Source of the DNA: Negaprion brevirostris
Lineage: Eukaryota
Length of the DNA: 64,000 nucleotides
NCBI GenBank assembly: GCA_030324005.1
Contig: JARDVH010000132.1
Location: 77,948,896 to 78,012,895, forward strand
Reading direction: 5' to 3'
A program made the translations under genes and the position numbers. How positions within the stretch are numbered: position 1 is the stretch's first letter; each line of letters begins with the position of its first letter. A model generated the notes under the pieces. It was given only the letters and a program-made list of their open reading frames with translations. It was not told where the DNA came from and did no database searches. Below, piece by piece: positions 26,995 to 39,759 of the stretch.

Positions 26995-27602
26995 ATCATA
27001 GAATCCATACATTGCAGCAAGAGGCCATTCAGCTCATCAGTTCTGCACCAATTGTATAACAGAGTATCTTACTCAGGTCTTCTCCCCCGCACTATCCTGA
27101 AACCCTACGCGCTTATCATGGCTAATCCCGCTAACCTACATACCACGGGACACTAAGAAACAACTAACCATGACATTTTATTCCTATATTAGGAGCAAGA
27201 GGGTAGTTAGAGGGAAAATTGGTCCTCTTAGGGACAAAAGTGGGGAGTTGNNNNNNNNNNNNNNNNNNNNNNNNNNNNNNNNNNNNNNNNNNNNNNNNNN
27301 NNNNNNNNNNNNNNNNNNNNNNNNNNNNNNNNNNNNNNNNNNNNNNNNNNATGGCGGCGCGGGCTCGTTGGGCCGAAGGGCCTGTTTCCCGTGCTGGGTT
27401 GTTCTTTGTTCTTTGTTCTTTGTATGACCAATCCACCTAATGTACATATCTTTGAACTGTGGGAGAAAGCTAGAGCACCCAGTGGAAACCCCTGCAGACA
27501 TGTAGAGAATGTGCAAACTCCACACAGAGTCACCCAAGGCCAGAAATGAATCCGGCTCCCTGTTGCTGTGGGACAGCAGTGCCAATCACTGTGCCACTGT
27601 GC
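26995..27602 (-). mobile_element. HE1-type V-SINE interrupted by a plus-strand CR1 insertion (27175-27423)
   Basis: SINE halves flank CR1 ORF2 peptide FYSYIRSKRVVRGKIGPLRDKSGEL, a gap, and a tail ending in (tttgttc)n. Confidence 0.85.
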
Positions 27603-28389
27603 ATTGTGTTCTTCTACAATTGTGGTTCAATCCAGCTGAAAACAGTGCAAATGCCATTCTAAAATATGAGTTTATTCAGTGAATATATTTTTTAAATATA
27701 CTTCCAAACAACAATTCAAGTTAAGAGAATGAAATGTCACATCACCTTTACAAAATGTAAAAAAGAATTAGGATTTACATAGTTTGATCATCTTTTCTTC
27801 AGGTAGCATATTTTATTTTACAATATTTAGTATTCTTGTGCTTTGTGTTGAATTATGGTATAAAATCTTGGACTACATGAATTTTGACATCACCATGGAG
27901 CAATACTTAATATTGAATTGAAGTAAAAGAAGCAATGGTCTTTCTCAGCTAAACAAAACAGCAGTTCCCATGAAGGGTCATTGACCTGATGCATTGTTTC
28001 TTTTTCTCTCTCTAGGAAGACTGCTGTTCCTGTTGAGTATTTCCAGCATTTTCCGTATCTGTTTCAGATTCCTAACACTCAGAACATTCACTCTGAATGG
28101 AAGTGCATGTATTTGTGACGATATAGATGAGTATGGAATCAGGATTGGACATGTCATGATGGTGCTCAGAGTCAATTGACAATCACTGTTTGGGTTTAAA
28201 CTTGAAGAGTGATCACTTCAACAAACTAGTGGAGGGCTGACAGCATCAATGAAATATAATCTATATTCAGGGGTGAAATTAGGAAACACTGCTACATGTA
28301 ATAGAAGTTTAGATCTCTCTTCCACAAATGGCAATCTATGCGAGATCAATTGTAAATTTAAAAGCTAAAATTGATAGATTTTCAAGATT

Positions 28390-29244
28390 AATTGTTTTTA
28401 TTTATTATTGTCACGTGTATTAACTTACAGTGAAAAGTATTGTTTCTTGCGTGCTATACAGACAAAACACACCATTCATAGAGAAGGAAATGAGGGAGTG
28501 CAGAATGTAATGTTACAATCATAGTTAGGCTGTAGAGAAAGATCAACTTAATGGAAGGTAAGTCCATTCAACAGTCTGACAGCAGCAGGGAAGAAGCTGT
28601 TCTTGAGTCGGTTAGTACGTGACCTCAGACTTTTGTATCTTTCTCCTGAAGGAAGAATGTGGGAGAGAGAATGTCCGGGGTCCTTAATTATGCTGGCTGC
28701 TTTGCCGAGGCACCAGGAAACGTAGACAGAATCAATGGATGGGAAGCCGGTTTGCTACATTCATGACCTTTTGTAGTTCCATGTGGTCTTGGGCTGAGCA
28801 AGAGCCACACCAAGCTGTGATGCAACCAGAAAGAATGCTTTCTATGGTGCATCTGTAAAAGTTGGTGAGTCGTAGCTGACATGCCAAATTTCCTCAGTCT
28901 TCCGAGAAAGTAGAAGCGTTGATGGACTTTCTTAACTGTAGTGTCAGTATGGGGGAACCAGGGCAGGTTGTTGGTGATCTGGCCACCAAAAAACTTGAAG
29001 CTCTTGACCCTTTCTACTTTGTCCCTATTGATGTAGACGGGGCATGTCCTCCAACATGCTTCCTGAAATCGATGACAATCTCCTTTGCTTTGTTGACATT
29101 GAAGGAGAGATTATTGTTGCCACACCAGTTCACCAGATTCTCTATCTCATTCCTTACTCTGTCTCATTATTGCTTGAGATCTGACCCATTACGGTGGCGT
29201 TGTCAGCAAACTTGAAAATCGAATTGGAGAGGAATTTAGCCGCA
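28390..29244 (-). mobile_element. Rex1/Babar-like LINE 3' portion
   Basis: Minus-strand peptides WCGNNNLSFNVNKAKEIVIDFRK, VERVKSFKF, VKKVHQRFYFLGRLRKFG; same tail at 38510-38680 and 47320-47710. Confidence 0.8.
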
Positions 29245-29789
29245 NNNNNNNNNNNNNNNNNNNNNNNNNNNNNNNNNNNNNNNNNNNNNNNNNNNNNNNN
29301 NNNNNNNNNNNNNNNNNNNNNNNNNNNNNNNNNNNNNNNNNNNNTCTACTTTCAAATGAAGAAAGAAGATTGAAAGGCAAAATTTGAGTAATGCTATCAT
29401 AATTCATTCTTAAATTCTCAACTTCTCAAGCATTCACAACATTTGGGTTTCACATTGGCATAGAATAATATAAAACAATCTCCAAATTGAACATTACAAC
29501 ATGCAATAAAAGTGGTGCTTTTTCGACTTGTAGTTCTAACAACTGTTCTTTCATCTTTTCTTATTTTTTCCTCGGAAAGTTATTAACNNNNNNNNNNTGT
29601 TGAACAAGCTTTTACTTTGCAACAATCAAGGAGATGCCATGCTTATTTTTCTGGTATAAGCTCACGAACACATAGATTTATCAAATTGAATGCCATAAAT
29701 TGCAGTGATAGGATTTCAAATCAAGACATTGGGCTGACAGTTTGGTAGCATAATCATGAACTATGATACATTTATAGCATGCTGCTAGA

Positions 29790-30340
29790 ATGCTGGTGTA
29801 TGTCTGAGAGGAAATAGCAGAGGCCCTGGCCACAGTCTTTCAAATGTTGCTGGATATGGAAATTGTGCCAAAAAACTGAAGCATTATCATTTGCCACATT
29901 TTTACTGAAGGAAAAAGGAAGGGATGAATGAATGAGAGTAATCAGAAAAGATTAATGTAAAGAAATATAATCTGAAATTGCAGCAATTAGGATTCATTGC
30001 ATTGGAACATAGAAAGACAAGTGGTTGAATTGTTAAGTTAGGTAAAGCTTTGATCAGAGGAAGGATCTCTATTGGTCAAAAAGTCATAATGCAAGGACAG
30101 TATTTTATGATTGTCATTGAAAGATTAAAGGAAAATATTGGAATTTTTTTTAGACATGTCTGCAGCAACAGTAATGAAAACACATCCAAAATATTTTTTA
30201 AAAAGTGGATTTATAATTGAAAGTCAATAATGTTGAATGATATAGGGTAAAAAGAAATAAAGAATTGGGTCCCACTGGGTAACTGGTCCAAAGAACCATA
30301 AGCTCAAAGAGCAAATCATATCTTCCTGTGCTGTATTATT
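29790..30340 (+). mobile_element. Highly decayed CR1 fragments
   Basis: EEIAEALATVFQ-like peptide and CR1-like 3' end. Confidence 0.5.
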
Positions 30341-33079
30341 CACTTAAAGCATGCTATGCAATGAATATGCAGTGTGGCATACTAACAAATAGAATTGTAA
30401 AAATTGCAGCAAAGAAACAAGTCTTTCAATCTATGTTGGCTATGCCAATTCTAGACTTTTTAACTTGAGTTCTGTGTATGTAATCCATTTTTTCCTGTTC
30501 TTTCCCCCAACTATTTGTATGTTCTTTTCTTTGAAATAATATCTAATTCCACTTTAAATGATGGTATTTAGGCAAATAATTCAATGCAATGTCTTCAGAC
30601 ACGACAACACTTCAGCTGTCAGTACTGACAGGTAACCAGTGATGCACACTTGTGACCCACTCCATGCCAATCCAATCAGTTTAGACCGATTCAATCAGGG
30701 GTCACCATGTGCACCAGGAACTTTCACATAATTTTGCACTTGGTCAATTAAGACTATGAAAACTATTCCAATCAGACTGAAGCCTCATAAAATGAAAGGA
30801 ATGCTGGAGCAGCGTTTTGAACCCACACCACTTGTCGCTTGCAATGGGCCCAAAGGAGAGGCCTAAATTTTAAAATGTGTTTTTCTCTCTGAGGTGCTTG
30901 TTTTCTTGTAATTAAGTCACCTGGGTCTATGTCTCTTTGGTCTGCAATTACTGGATTGAGAGTGCACTATCCGCGTTAGATCACTGCCTTGTGAATATTT
31001 GTGGTAAAATATTTCATGTTCGAATTACTTCCAGAATGGAAAAGAAACGTCTACTTTTTTCCTTGAATAATAACGTCGAGCCTTTGGCTCTCTCATACCA
31101 ATAGAGTTTGACTATTTATCTATTCAAATTATGAAAGCTTAACTGTTCCAATTTTCAAGTACTATTTGAAAAGAGGTTTAGGGAGAGATGTGGGATTAGG
31201 TAGAATGCTCTTTCAGGGAGCCAGTACAGACTGGGTGGGCCGAATGGCCACTTTCTCCATTGTAAAGGTTCTGTGATTCTTTGCTACCTGAAAAGTTTTT
31301 ATACATAACTTGCATTCCTTATATAATTTATTCAAATCTTCGCTGTATCTTGTCTCTTCCTCGAAGAGTATCCAGAATTGCAATCAGTTTTCCAACTATA
31401 GCCTTACCAATGTCTTGACGAATTCAGCACTGCCTCCTTACAATTCGAAGCCTTCACAATTACCAGAATCTTTTTTTAAAAAAATGTTTCTACCTGCGCT
31501 CTGACCGTTAAAAATGGCTGGTCCTGAAAATTCATGCAAATTTCACCCAGTTTCCCACTATAAATTTGGCACGGCACCAGCAGAATCCTTGGAGCAATGG
31601 TACAAATAGCTGAAATTAGTAATTTACGCTATACTCCTGGCTAATTCACCAGTTTCTCGTCAAAGTTACAAAAGCCTGCGATAACCATGGGAGCGGGGCT
31701 GCGCAAACGACGCCGATTTCCCTAAAGAGTCAATGTTGCTTGCGCTCGCCGGGCAAATATCACATTGCCCTGGCCCTAGTAATTTGCATATCAATTTCTC
31801 TCTCGTTTTGCCTTCACTCTTAGATCTCTTAGATCATCTCTGTTATATTTTTCGCTTTATCCAAAATATCTGGTTCAAATGTACCTGCATTGATCAACAT
31901 CTGCTATTTCCCACAATTGCCCGTGTCGTCCCCCGCAACTCAATATTGCCCTCACCACCATTAAATTGGTAGCGTCAATATTATTCCACGTGCCGAAGTT
32001 CAACTCAGTTAAAAAATGGAAATCGAATTAAGGCCTGGCTGAGATCCACAGGGGAGATCACAGGACCCAGAGTTCGGTAATATTGGTTACTCCCATTATC
32101 TCTCCCACAGTAGTTGTGGATAATGCGACGTCAACTTCAGTTTCCAAGGGAGTCAAAGGGAACTTCCTGGAGTTGTTTCGACTCTAATTGATTTATTTTC
32201 CTTTATCTCTCGTAAAAGAACATATGGCGCCTGGTTGATATGAATTATACAGAGATTCGCTTCCCTAAATGGGTTTTTAACAACAATTGGTGATAGTTTT
32301 ACAACCACCAGTACTGAGACTAACTTTCCATTCTAATTAAAAAAAAATTGTGGGACTTGACCACAAATCCAGTAAGCCATCCAGTTCAAAGACAACAAAG
32401 GCTGGCCTTGCCGGCAACGTCTACAACGTCCACGTGAAAAAAACAGAGCAGATAGCCCTATTGGTGTCCTCCTGCGGATCAGTTTTGTACCTTCACCTGT
32501 TATTCACTTCCTCCTTTCGGTTTTAATCCCCCCTCTCCAGCCTGTGCTGTGACAGCCCCTTGACATGTGTTTGAATACAGCTTGTTTAATCAAGATTTGA
32601 CTCCATCCAAACTGCTGGACCGGAAACCTCCCTTTGGCAGTGGGAACTCGGCACTGGCGCAGGAATAAAAGTGCCGCACTGGTGCTGCAGGAGGCGCTCT
32701 TGTGTTAGGATTAAAATCGGCTTTGGTTAACCGTTTACACCTGATATTCCAGATGGACTCAATCGACTTTACAAGTACGGAGGCAATTTCACCAACTTGG
32801 GAAGTTTGCAACCTACTTGGAAAATACACGTGCAATGCAAAACAACTTTTACTTGGTTCCTGATGTCAAGTAAGTTTGGGACTGGTTGTGGATGCATCAC
32901 ACTGCTACACTGGGCTTTGACACAGTTGAAAACGAAATTTCAAATGGGGCAATCGCCAGCCTGGCACCTCCTGACAAACGTCAGTGTCATTCCATCCTAA
33001 CTCAGCATTGAAGCAATGTTCAATTTAAGTGATCAAACGATGTTGTTTCAGATTTCTAAAGTTAATAACGCACTAGAAA

Positions 33080-33622
33080 TTATAGAATCTCTACAGTGCA
33101 GAAGGACGCTATTCAACCCATCGAGTCTGCACCGACAACAATCCCACCAAAGACCTATTCCGTAAACCAACATATCTGTCTGCTAATTTTGCATGACCAA
33201 TCCACCTCACCCGCGCATCTTTCAGTCACATTTCTATCCTCTGTAAATTAGAGGTGACCTAAAACTGTGCTGCTTATGCCTTAACTTGCAGCAAGTCCCA
33301 TTTCTCCATCATCCCTGTGCTCACTAATCTACATTGAATTACAGAAGGCCATTTAGCCCATCGAGTCTCCCACGCCCTTTTCCGTTATCCCCATGTATTT
33401 ACCCTATTGATCCTCCTAACCCACACATTTTGGGACACTAGGAGACAATTTAGTATGTCTAATCTATCTAGCCCCGACATCTTTGGACGGTGGGAGAAAA
33501 CCAGAGCACCCAAAGGAAACCCACGACAGCATGCAAACTTCGCACAGACAAGTGACTCGAGGCCTGACTTGAACTCAGGTCCTTGGCACGGTGAGGTAGC
33601 AGTGCTAACCACTGTGCCATCC
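33080..33622 (-). mobile_element. Two HE1-type SINE pieces with a plus-strand L2-like fragment (33235-33335) between them
   Basis: Partial copy at 33080-33225, near-full copy at 33340-33622; L2-like IIPVLTNLH peptide in between. Confidence 0.75.
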
Positions 33623-35085
33623 TACTGCTCCACTAGCAATGCACCGGTAAGTTGTGAACATGATGCTATAATTAATAGGGTGGTCTTCTATAGTTGGTCA
33701 TTTATAAGCGCGCAGAGAAACGAAATTCTCTCAATTGCCACTGATGTCCGTCTAATTTCGCTCGTTCAACGGCTTTTTAAAAGGGAGTGGAACTGTTGAC
33801 GCGGGTCCACGGCCACTGATGCTGAATTTCATATTTTTCCAATATGAGGAGTGCAAGGCAGAATTACTTCAAGCTGGGTACTTAGAGTGACAGTAGTATA
33901 GGTACCCTCCAACTACGCCCCNNNNNNNNNNNNNNNNNNNNNNNNNNNNNNNNNACACGCACCCATTTACTGGACAGCATTAAGCGGAAAAGAAGAATCA
34001 CATTGACCAGTGCAACATTTCCAGTTCTCACCTACTTGTTCAACGGCCAAAGATGTAGAAAATATTGTATTAAAGGCAAGGATTTGAAGGAAATCATTAC
34101 GGTGGCGGTGGATAAAAGTGGACACTTTATACTGTAAGCCACAAATGGACTGCACCACGGGGATCCTTCCGGAAAACACACTTATTTATACGTTCCACGA
34201 AGTTAAATTGCATTTCCACTTTTCATTTCGAAATTAGTCGCAACAGTTTAAAAAACGCGCAAAATTATTTTGCGTTTCGTGTGTAACAGTCAGAGAGACA
34301 CGAGCGAGTGTGCATGTGTGTGGGAGGGGAGAGAATCCATCCAGATGTCATGCAATAAGCGTGAACAACACTTCAGGGAAATTCAGAAACTCATCAGCAC
34401 AACACCACAAAACACCATGCAGAACTGAAAGAGTGCAACAGTGTGATTTGTAATTTTAATTTTTATTTACTCCGCCGTTTGTAAACAGGTGCCAATGTTT
34501 GCTTCTGTTCCAGTCATTTCACTAAGAATACCACACAGCGTTGCTAATTCCATTCACAAGTAGCAGCCAGTCCAATGGCATTCACATACCCCAGTCTCGG
34601 AAAGAGTAGACGGAGATTTGCTGTGCCCGCCTGTAAGGGATATCCATTATGTAACAGTGTCGAACTGAAATACGTTTTAAAGGTTAATGCCAAAATAATT
34701 AAACTTGCGATTCGTTTAACTTTTTTCCTTCTCTCTCTCTGTGAAGCCTAAGCCCTCCCACCTGCAGGTATAACTAGCCAGAATCAACAGTTATCAAAAG
34801 CCAATTAGTCCCCGTGTGAACCTCCAACAAAAGGAGAGCCGCCGTTTCTAAGGCATCCGGCCGCAATGCTTGAGAACAATGGTTGGATAAGTGGCATCCA
34901 CATTTTCTAACATTATTCTCCGCTCTTTCTCTCCCGGTATCGCAACATTTGCAGTTCTCAGGCTTCTTCACATCAGCATTTCCGAATTGAAAAATCAAAA
35001 TGTTGAATAGATTTTTTTTCTCTCTCTCAGTTCCCTAAATGCAATCCTCGCTGTACATCAAGTTAGTGTCTCTACAATCACGCCT

Positions 35086-35091
35086 TTTATT
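35086..35091 (-). promoter_or_regulatory. FERD3L: Candidate FERD3L polyadenylation signal
   Basis: First minus-strand AATAAA I noticed downstream of the stop codon (~490 nt). Confidence 0.35.
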
Positions 35092-35574
35092 GGTATGGAT
35101 ACAAACGTTAGGATTATTTCTTTTCCAGAGTTAATTTAACGTAATCGTGTGAAATGTCGCAAAAAGTTTTAAGCTTACCTCATACAAATGTTAATAGTTT
35201 AAACACTCTGCTGGTTAGAACTGTGACATTGAATAGTTCTTTTGTGACATGCTCGTTCCGCCTATATTGCAGTGTTGATATGAAATCCGCCATATCCAAA
35301 ATATTTTGGCATGCACAACTTTAAACACATTTCAAACGATAAATGACTAGCATTTTGTCTGGTAATGTCATGGAAAGACAAGATTATACTTAAAAGACTT
35401 AAATCATCCTTTGTAAACCAAGTCCTTAAAATGGGATGGTTTAGCAGTGTCACGTTCTGGTCCCCTGTGAGGGTTTGAGCTATAATTAACGCATCTTTTT
35501 AAACCATACGAATACGATGAAGTTCCTTTGCAAGTTGTAATAAAGTATCTGTTATATATACTATATATATACAA

Positions 35575-36188
35575 TTATTCTGGAATTGGATTTTTCTCTT
35601 TATTATTCAGAAGTTCAGTCATAAACGAGATATAAACAATGGCGAGTCGCAGGGTCTCAATTCTAGACAGTCGTTTTTCGTAAGCAAAGGTAGGTACTTT
35701 ATTCCTTAACTGATCAAATGCTTCATTCAGGCTGAACATTCTTTTACTCTCCCTGATNNNNNNNNNNNNNNNNNNNNNNNNNNNNNNNNNNNNNNNNNNN
35801 NNNNNNNNNNNNNNNNNNNNNNNNNNNNNNNNNNNNNNNNNNNNNNNNNNNNNNNNNGGCTGAACATTCTTTTCCTCTCCCTGATGTTGGCAGCCTGACG
35901 CTGAGCATAAGTGATCACACGTTTCCTTTGGGGTCTAACCATCAGCGAATTGAGAGACCCCATCTTCAGCGTTCCAGGTTCCCCAAGTCCATCCACCTGC
36001 TCCCTGACTGCTGCGAACGGAGTTGACTCCTCCGAAAACGCCCGTATCCCTGCAAAATCGCACAGCCTGTCGCACAGGTCCACGCTGTGCATTGGGTTCT
36101 GGTCTGATCCTGGGGAGCACTGGACAAAATCTCTTTCTGTAACAAAGTCCAGAACAGAAGAGTCCATGAGGTTTTCTTGAAATTCCAT
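35575..36188 (-). CDS. FERD3L: Fer3-like bHLH protein (Nato3/N-twist), ~161 aa after removing the false gap and duplicated overlap
   Basis: First ATG at 36188 gives [16 protein letters not shown]...[26 protein letters not shown]. Beyond the gap the frame continues [54 protein letters not shown] (stop 35577-35575), the FERD3L-type bHLH. Adjacent to TWIST1 in the same orientation. Confidence 0.94.
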
Positions 36189-36229
36189 TGGTTTTCTTTT
36201 CAAAAGATAACCTTCAGGAGTGCGTCTGG

Positions 36230-36345
36230 TGAAACAGGTGATGACATGTCAGTTATGGGACAATCCCGCTTGCTGCTATTGCCTGTTGTGTGAGGGCATC
36301 AATATTTATAACCACAAAGCTAATGGGATTAGAAGGGGAAAGTAG
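36230..36345 (-). promoter_or_regulatory. FERD3L: Putative FERD3L core promoter
   Basis: TATAAAT on the minus strand at 36310-36304, ~115 bp upstream of the ATG; E-box CACCTG at 36240-36235. Confidence 0.55.
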
Positions 36346-37661
36346 AGAGTACAAAAGAAAACAGCCGAGTTTAACATTGATGAGAGCAGACAACCGACAC
36401 TTTTAGACGCGTGGATACCTCTAGGTCTACTTTAAAAATGATAACATCCTTTCAAAACCTTCAACTTTAGATCCTTGTTGGCAATAGTCCCTAGATCTTA
36501 CCTGCTGTGTGCTCTTAAATCTTCTTAGCATTCTTGGGAACGCAATTCTTTCGTGTTTTCCAAAGCAGCCAGTTTGTTCCCCTTTCTCTCGGACTGATCC
36601 AGTAAAGTCTGCTGAAATCTCCAGGCCTCTTGACAAGTGCATGTATGGTTTAATGATGTTGAGAAGACAGGACCTGCACACAAAGGGTCACCATGAACTG
36701 TTGACGTTGTATCCGAGTGCAGTGGAAACTGAATAATGGGATCTCCATTATACTAACCGAGCGGTGGAAGAACCGTATATAACATTCCCTGTGAACAACT
36801 CAGACAGCTTTCCTCAACAAACGAGTCAAACAACGTCCCCCAAGTAGCGGCCAAAATAAAGAGTCAAGTTTTTTTTTGATTGAGTTTTATGTTCTGCACA
36901 CAACCGGGACCATTGAAACTTTCAATGTTGGTGTTAGTTTGTGCCAGCAGTTGTTGTCAATGTTTTTGTTTGCAGTTACTTAAATTGTTAATTCAACATT
37001 AATCAATAACCGCATTCCTTACAACGGTAATTTCGGTCATATGGGTGGAGTTGTTTGACGTTGTATCATCCATCGTTTGAATCAATTTTTTTAGCACTTT
37101 CGTCCAATTTTAGCAGCTCCTCAATTGTTGCAATACGATTATCAGTTTCATATACAATATGCTTTCAAATCAAAGTTGGTCAAACAGAGTCAAGTGGTGC
37201 ATTAGTCTCAGGTGAACCATTTGCCAGGGAAAGTATAAAACTTCCTCTTTGACTTGTGTATTGTCTCCAATAGAACTTAAAGAGGAGCTCTGCTCTCGGT
37301 TGCTCAGTTGTTGCTAGGATGGTGTTGCATTATTTGACACAATCACAACTGCTTAGCTACGACTAGACTCTTTTCGCCTACATATTGAAATGGAGCTGTT
37401 ATTTTCAAATTGCTTCCACTGGTAGTTGGTGTGTAAATGAATAAGTCGATTCTCGAGAAAACCTTTTCCTCTTTCATCCCACTTTCAGTTGATATCTCGA
37501 CTATATTTTAAAATGTCAGAGATCTAGATCTGTGCCAACATTTTTGACCCCCATTTGCCAAAGTGTGCATTAGGAGGGGAATTGCTTGCGGACCAGTCGG
37601 CACAGCGAAAGTAGTTCAAGGCGTCCCTCTGGTTGTTACACTCTTGTCCTGCTGTAGCGCA

Positions 37662-37772
37662 TGATGCGGAGGTGCTGGCGTTGGACTGGGGTAAACACAG
37701 TCAGAAGTCTCACAACACCAGGTTAAAGTCTGGGTTGGACTTTAGCCTGGTGTTATGAGACTTCTTACTATA
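37662..37772. repeat. Short foldback element (32-bp stem, 7-nt loop)
   Basis: agtcagaagtctcacaacaccaggttaaagtc-tgggttg-gactttagcctggtgttatgagacttcttact. Confidence 0.75.
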
Positions 37773-38509
37773 CTATAGCACAGACAGAGCTCATTGGACG
37801 GACATCGAAGCTCAGTGCTGGCTTTGACAAACCGTATCTATAAAAACCGAGGAAGATCAAGATTGATTGAAGTTAAATGTATGAAATGAATAATTTTTGA
37901 TTTATAATCCACATTCGTCATTCCAACTTTTGCATCCAATCGTTAAGCGTCACATTTCATCCCAGGTTCCATGCTATTGGCGGACATTACATTCCGAGAT
38001 CAACTACAAGACTATATACTTTTTATAGATAGAACATATAACACTTTTCAGTTAATTGTTCGTGTTCTTTATTCTGACAGTATTTATGTACTTTTAATCT
38101 GGAATAGTATCGATGTTGAGGATTTTATGGAAGTCTTGAAAATGATGAAAAGATAGACTTGATTCAAAGTGGGACTCTTTTTTAAGGCCAGTGTATTAGG
38201 AATGAAGGTATTAGTTAAGAAACAGAACAATAATGATCTAAATAAATGGCACAACAGGTTTTAAATGTTGAATGACTTATTCATGTTCTGAAGTTCTTAC
38301 ATGTATATGCTATTTAGTTTCAATAAGATAGAGAGGACCTGAGACAGTTACTTAGTTTAGAACTAGATTAGATATCAGAAGGCCTCTATTTTCACAGGCA
38401 GCCTTCAATCTAGGGAACAGGTAGACATTTCAAACAATGATTGTGAATTTGTTGTACATATTTAACAGAGGCTACCTGTCAATTTTAGTTTCTAACAATG
38501 GCCAATACT

Positions 38510-38680
38510 TGATTTGATTTGATTTGTTATTGTTATGTGTATTGAGATACAGTGAAAAGTATTGTTTCTTGCATGCTATGCAGACAAAAATATACTGTTC
38601 ATAGAGTATAGAAGGGAGAAGGAAAGGAGAGGGTGCACAATATAGTGTTACAGTCATAACTAGGGTGCAGAGAAAGATCA
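38510..38680 (-). mobile_element. Rex1/Babar-like LINE tail
   Basis: Shares cagtgaaaagtattgtttcttgc with 28390-28560. Confidence 0.7.
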
Positions 38681-39324
38681 GTAAAGTTCTAAGAGCACAG
38701 AATGAGAGTAAAAGATAGAATTGGAGAATTGATTGGGGACAGTTCGCAAGAAGTTGCCATGCTCTGGTGCCATCTTGACTAATGATTGTGGAAAGTAGGT
38801 GGGGTATAGGGTTTGAATTTCTCAATCACCATGGTCTCTTGGAGCTTGTTTGATTGCCTTGAGGGTTCAGAGTTGAATTTCCAGAAAATTTATTTTCCAT
38901 TAAATTAGCCCGGTGTTTTTTTCCTTTATTTCCTATTCATAGGTCATTGTTTGGTTTATTTGCTGGGTTGATCATGATATGCATATTTTGCACCATGAGA
39001 GTATGGAACAGAATTGACAGAACAAGTGAGCATGTTGTGTCCATCACTTCTTTACACGCTTTTGTATAAACAACCAGTTCTAATTGTATATTTCTCAATG
39101 GGTGTAGCATCGCAGTGGACTATTTTGATTTACACCAAATGATGCAGTTATTCTGTAAACTAATCTTAATTCAGGAGCTAGAGTCATGTCTGGTTTTGTG
39201 GAAAAGTGAAAGCAGGCTTTCTGGTTGGGATATTTTTGCTACTGCATTTTCCTTCAAAGTTCATTAAGGCCTTCACAGAAAATCTACAACGCATGGGATG
39301 GAATTTTCATGGTGTAATGGATTG

Positions 39325-39455
39325 TTCTGAAGAAAGGTCTTTGACTTGAAATGTTAACTCTTTTTCTCTCTTCACAGATGCTGCTGGAACCGCTAATATT
39401 TTGACCATTCCATATTTTTATTGCAGATTTCTACCATATACAGTATCTTGCTTCA
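39325..39455 (+). repeat. Penelope-type short repeat with hammerhead-like core
   Basis: CTGAAGA-aaggtc-ttt-gactt-GAAA followed by the tgttaactc...cacagatgctgc unit. Confidence 0.6.
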
Positions 39456-39759
39456 GTTTTAATGGTTTAAGTAGTTGTTAAATTGGTTCTTGCCTGTTTC
39501 AGCTGATCTCTTACTGAAGTTATAACAAGTCATTTGAAGAACACCCTTGGAAATTCTACTCCCATAAATGTAGCATGTACAAAATTGAAACTAGTTTCCT
39601 AGTAATATGACATTTGTAGAGATTGTCTTCCAGTGTCTCCAAATGCTTATCAAATAAAATCCTTGGTAATTCATTATGAAAAAAAATCATCTTGCTGCCT
39701 CTGACATATGCTTCTGTCATTCAGAATTTATAAACTGGCATCCACTTTCAGAAGTTAGA

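Noticed and set aside
35727-36203. ORF-track 158-aa FERD3L ending SGRVKECSA, suggesting a truncated gene or pseudogene
   Set aside because: The frameshift is caused by the N gap and duplicated overlap; the TTG start is a prokaryotic-style call.
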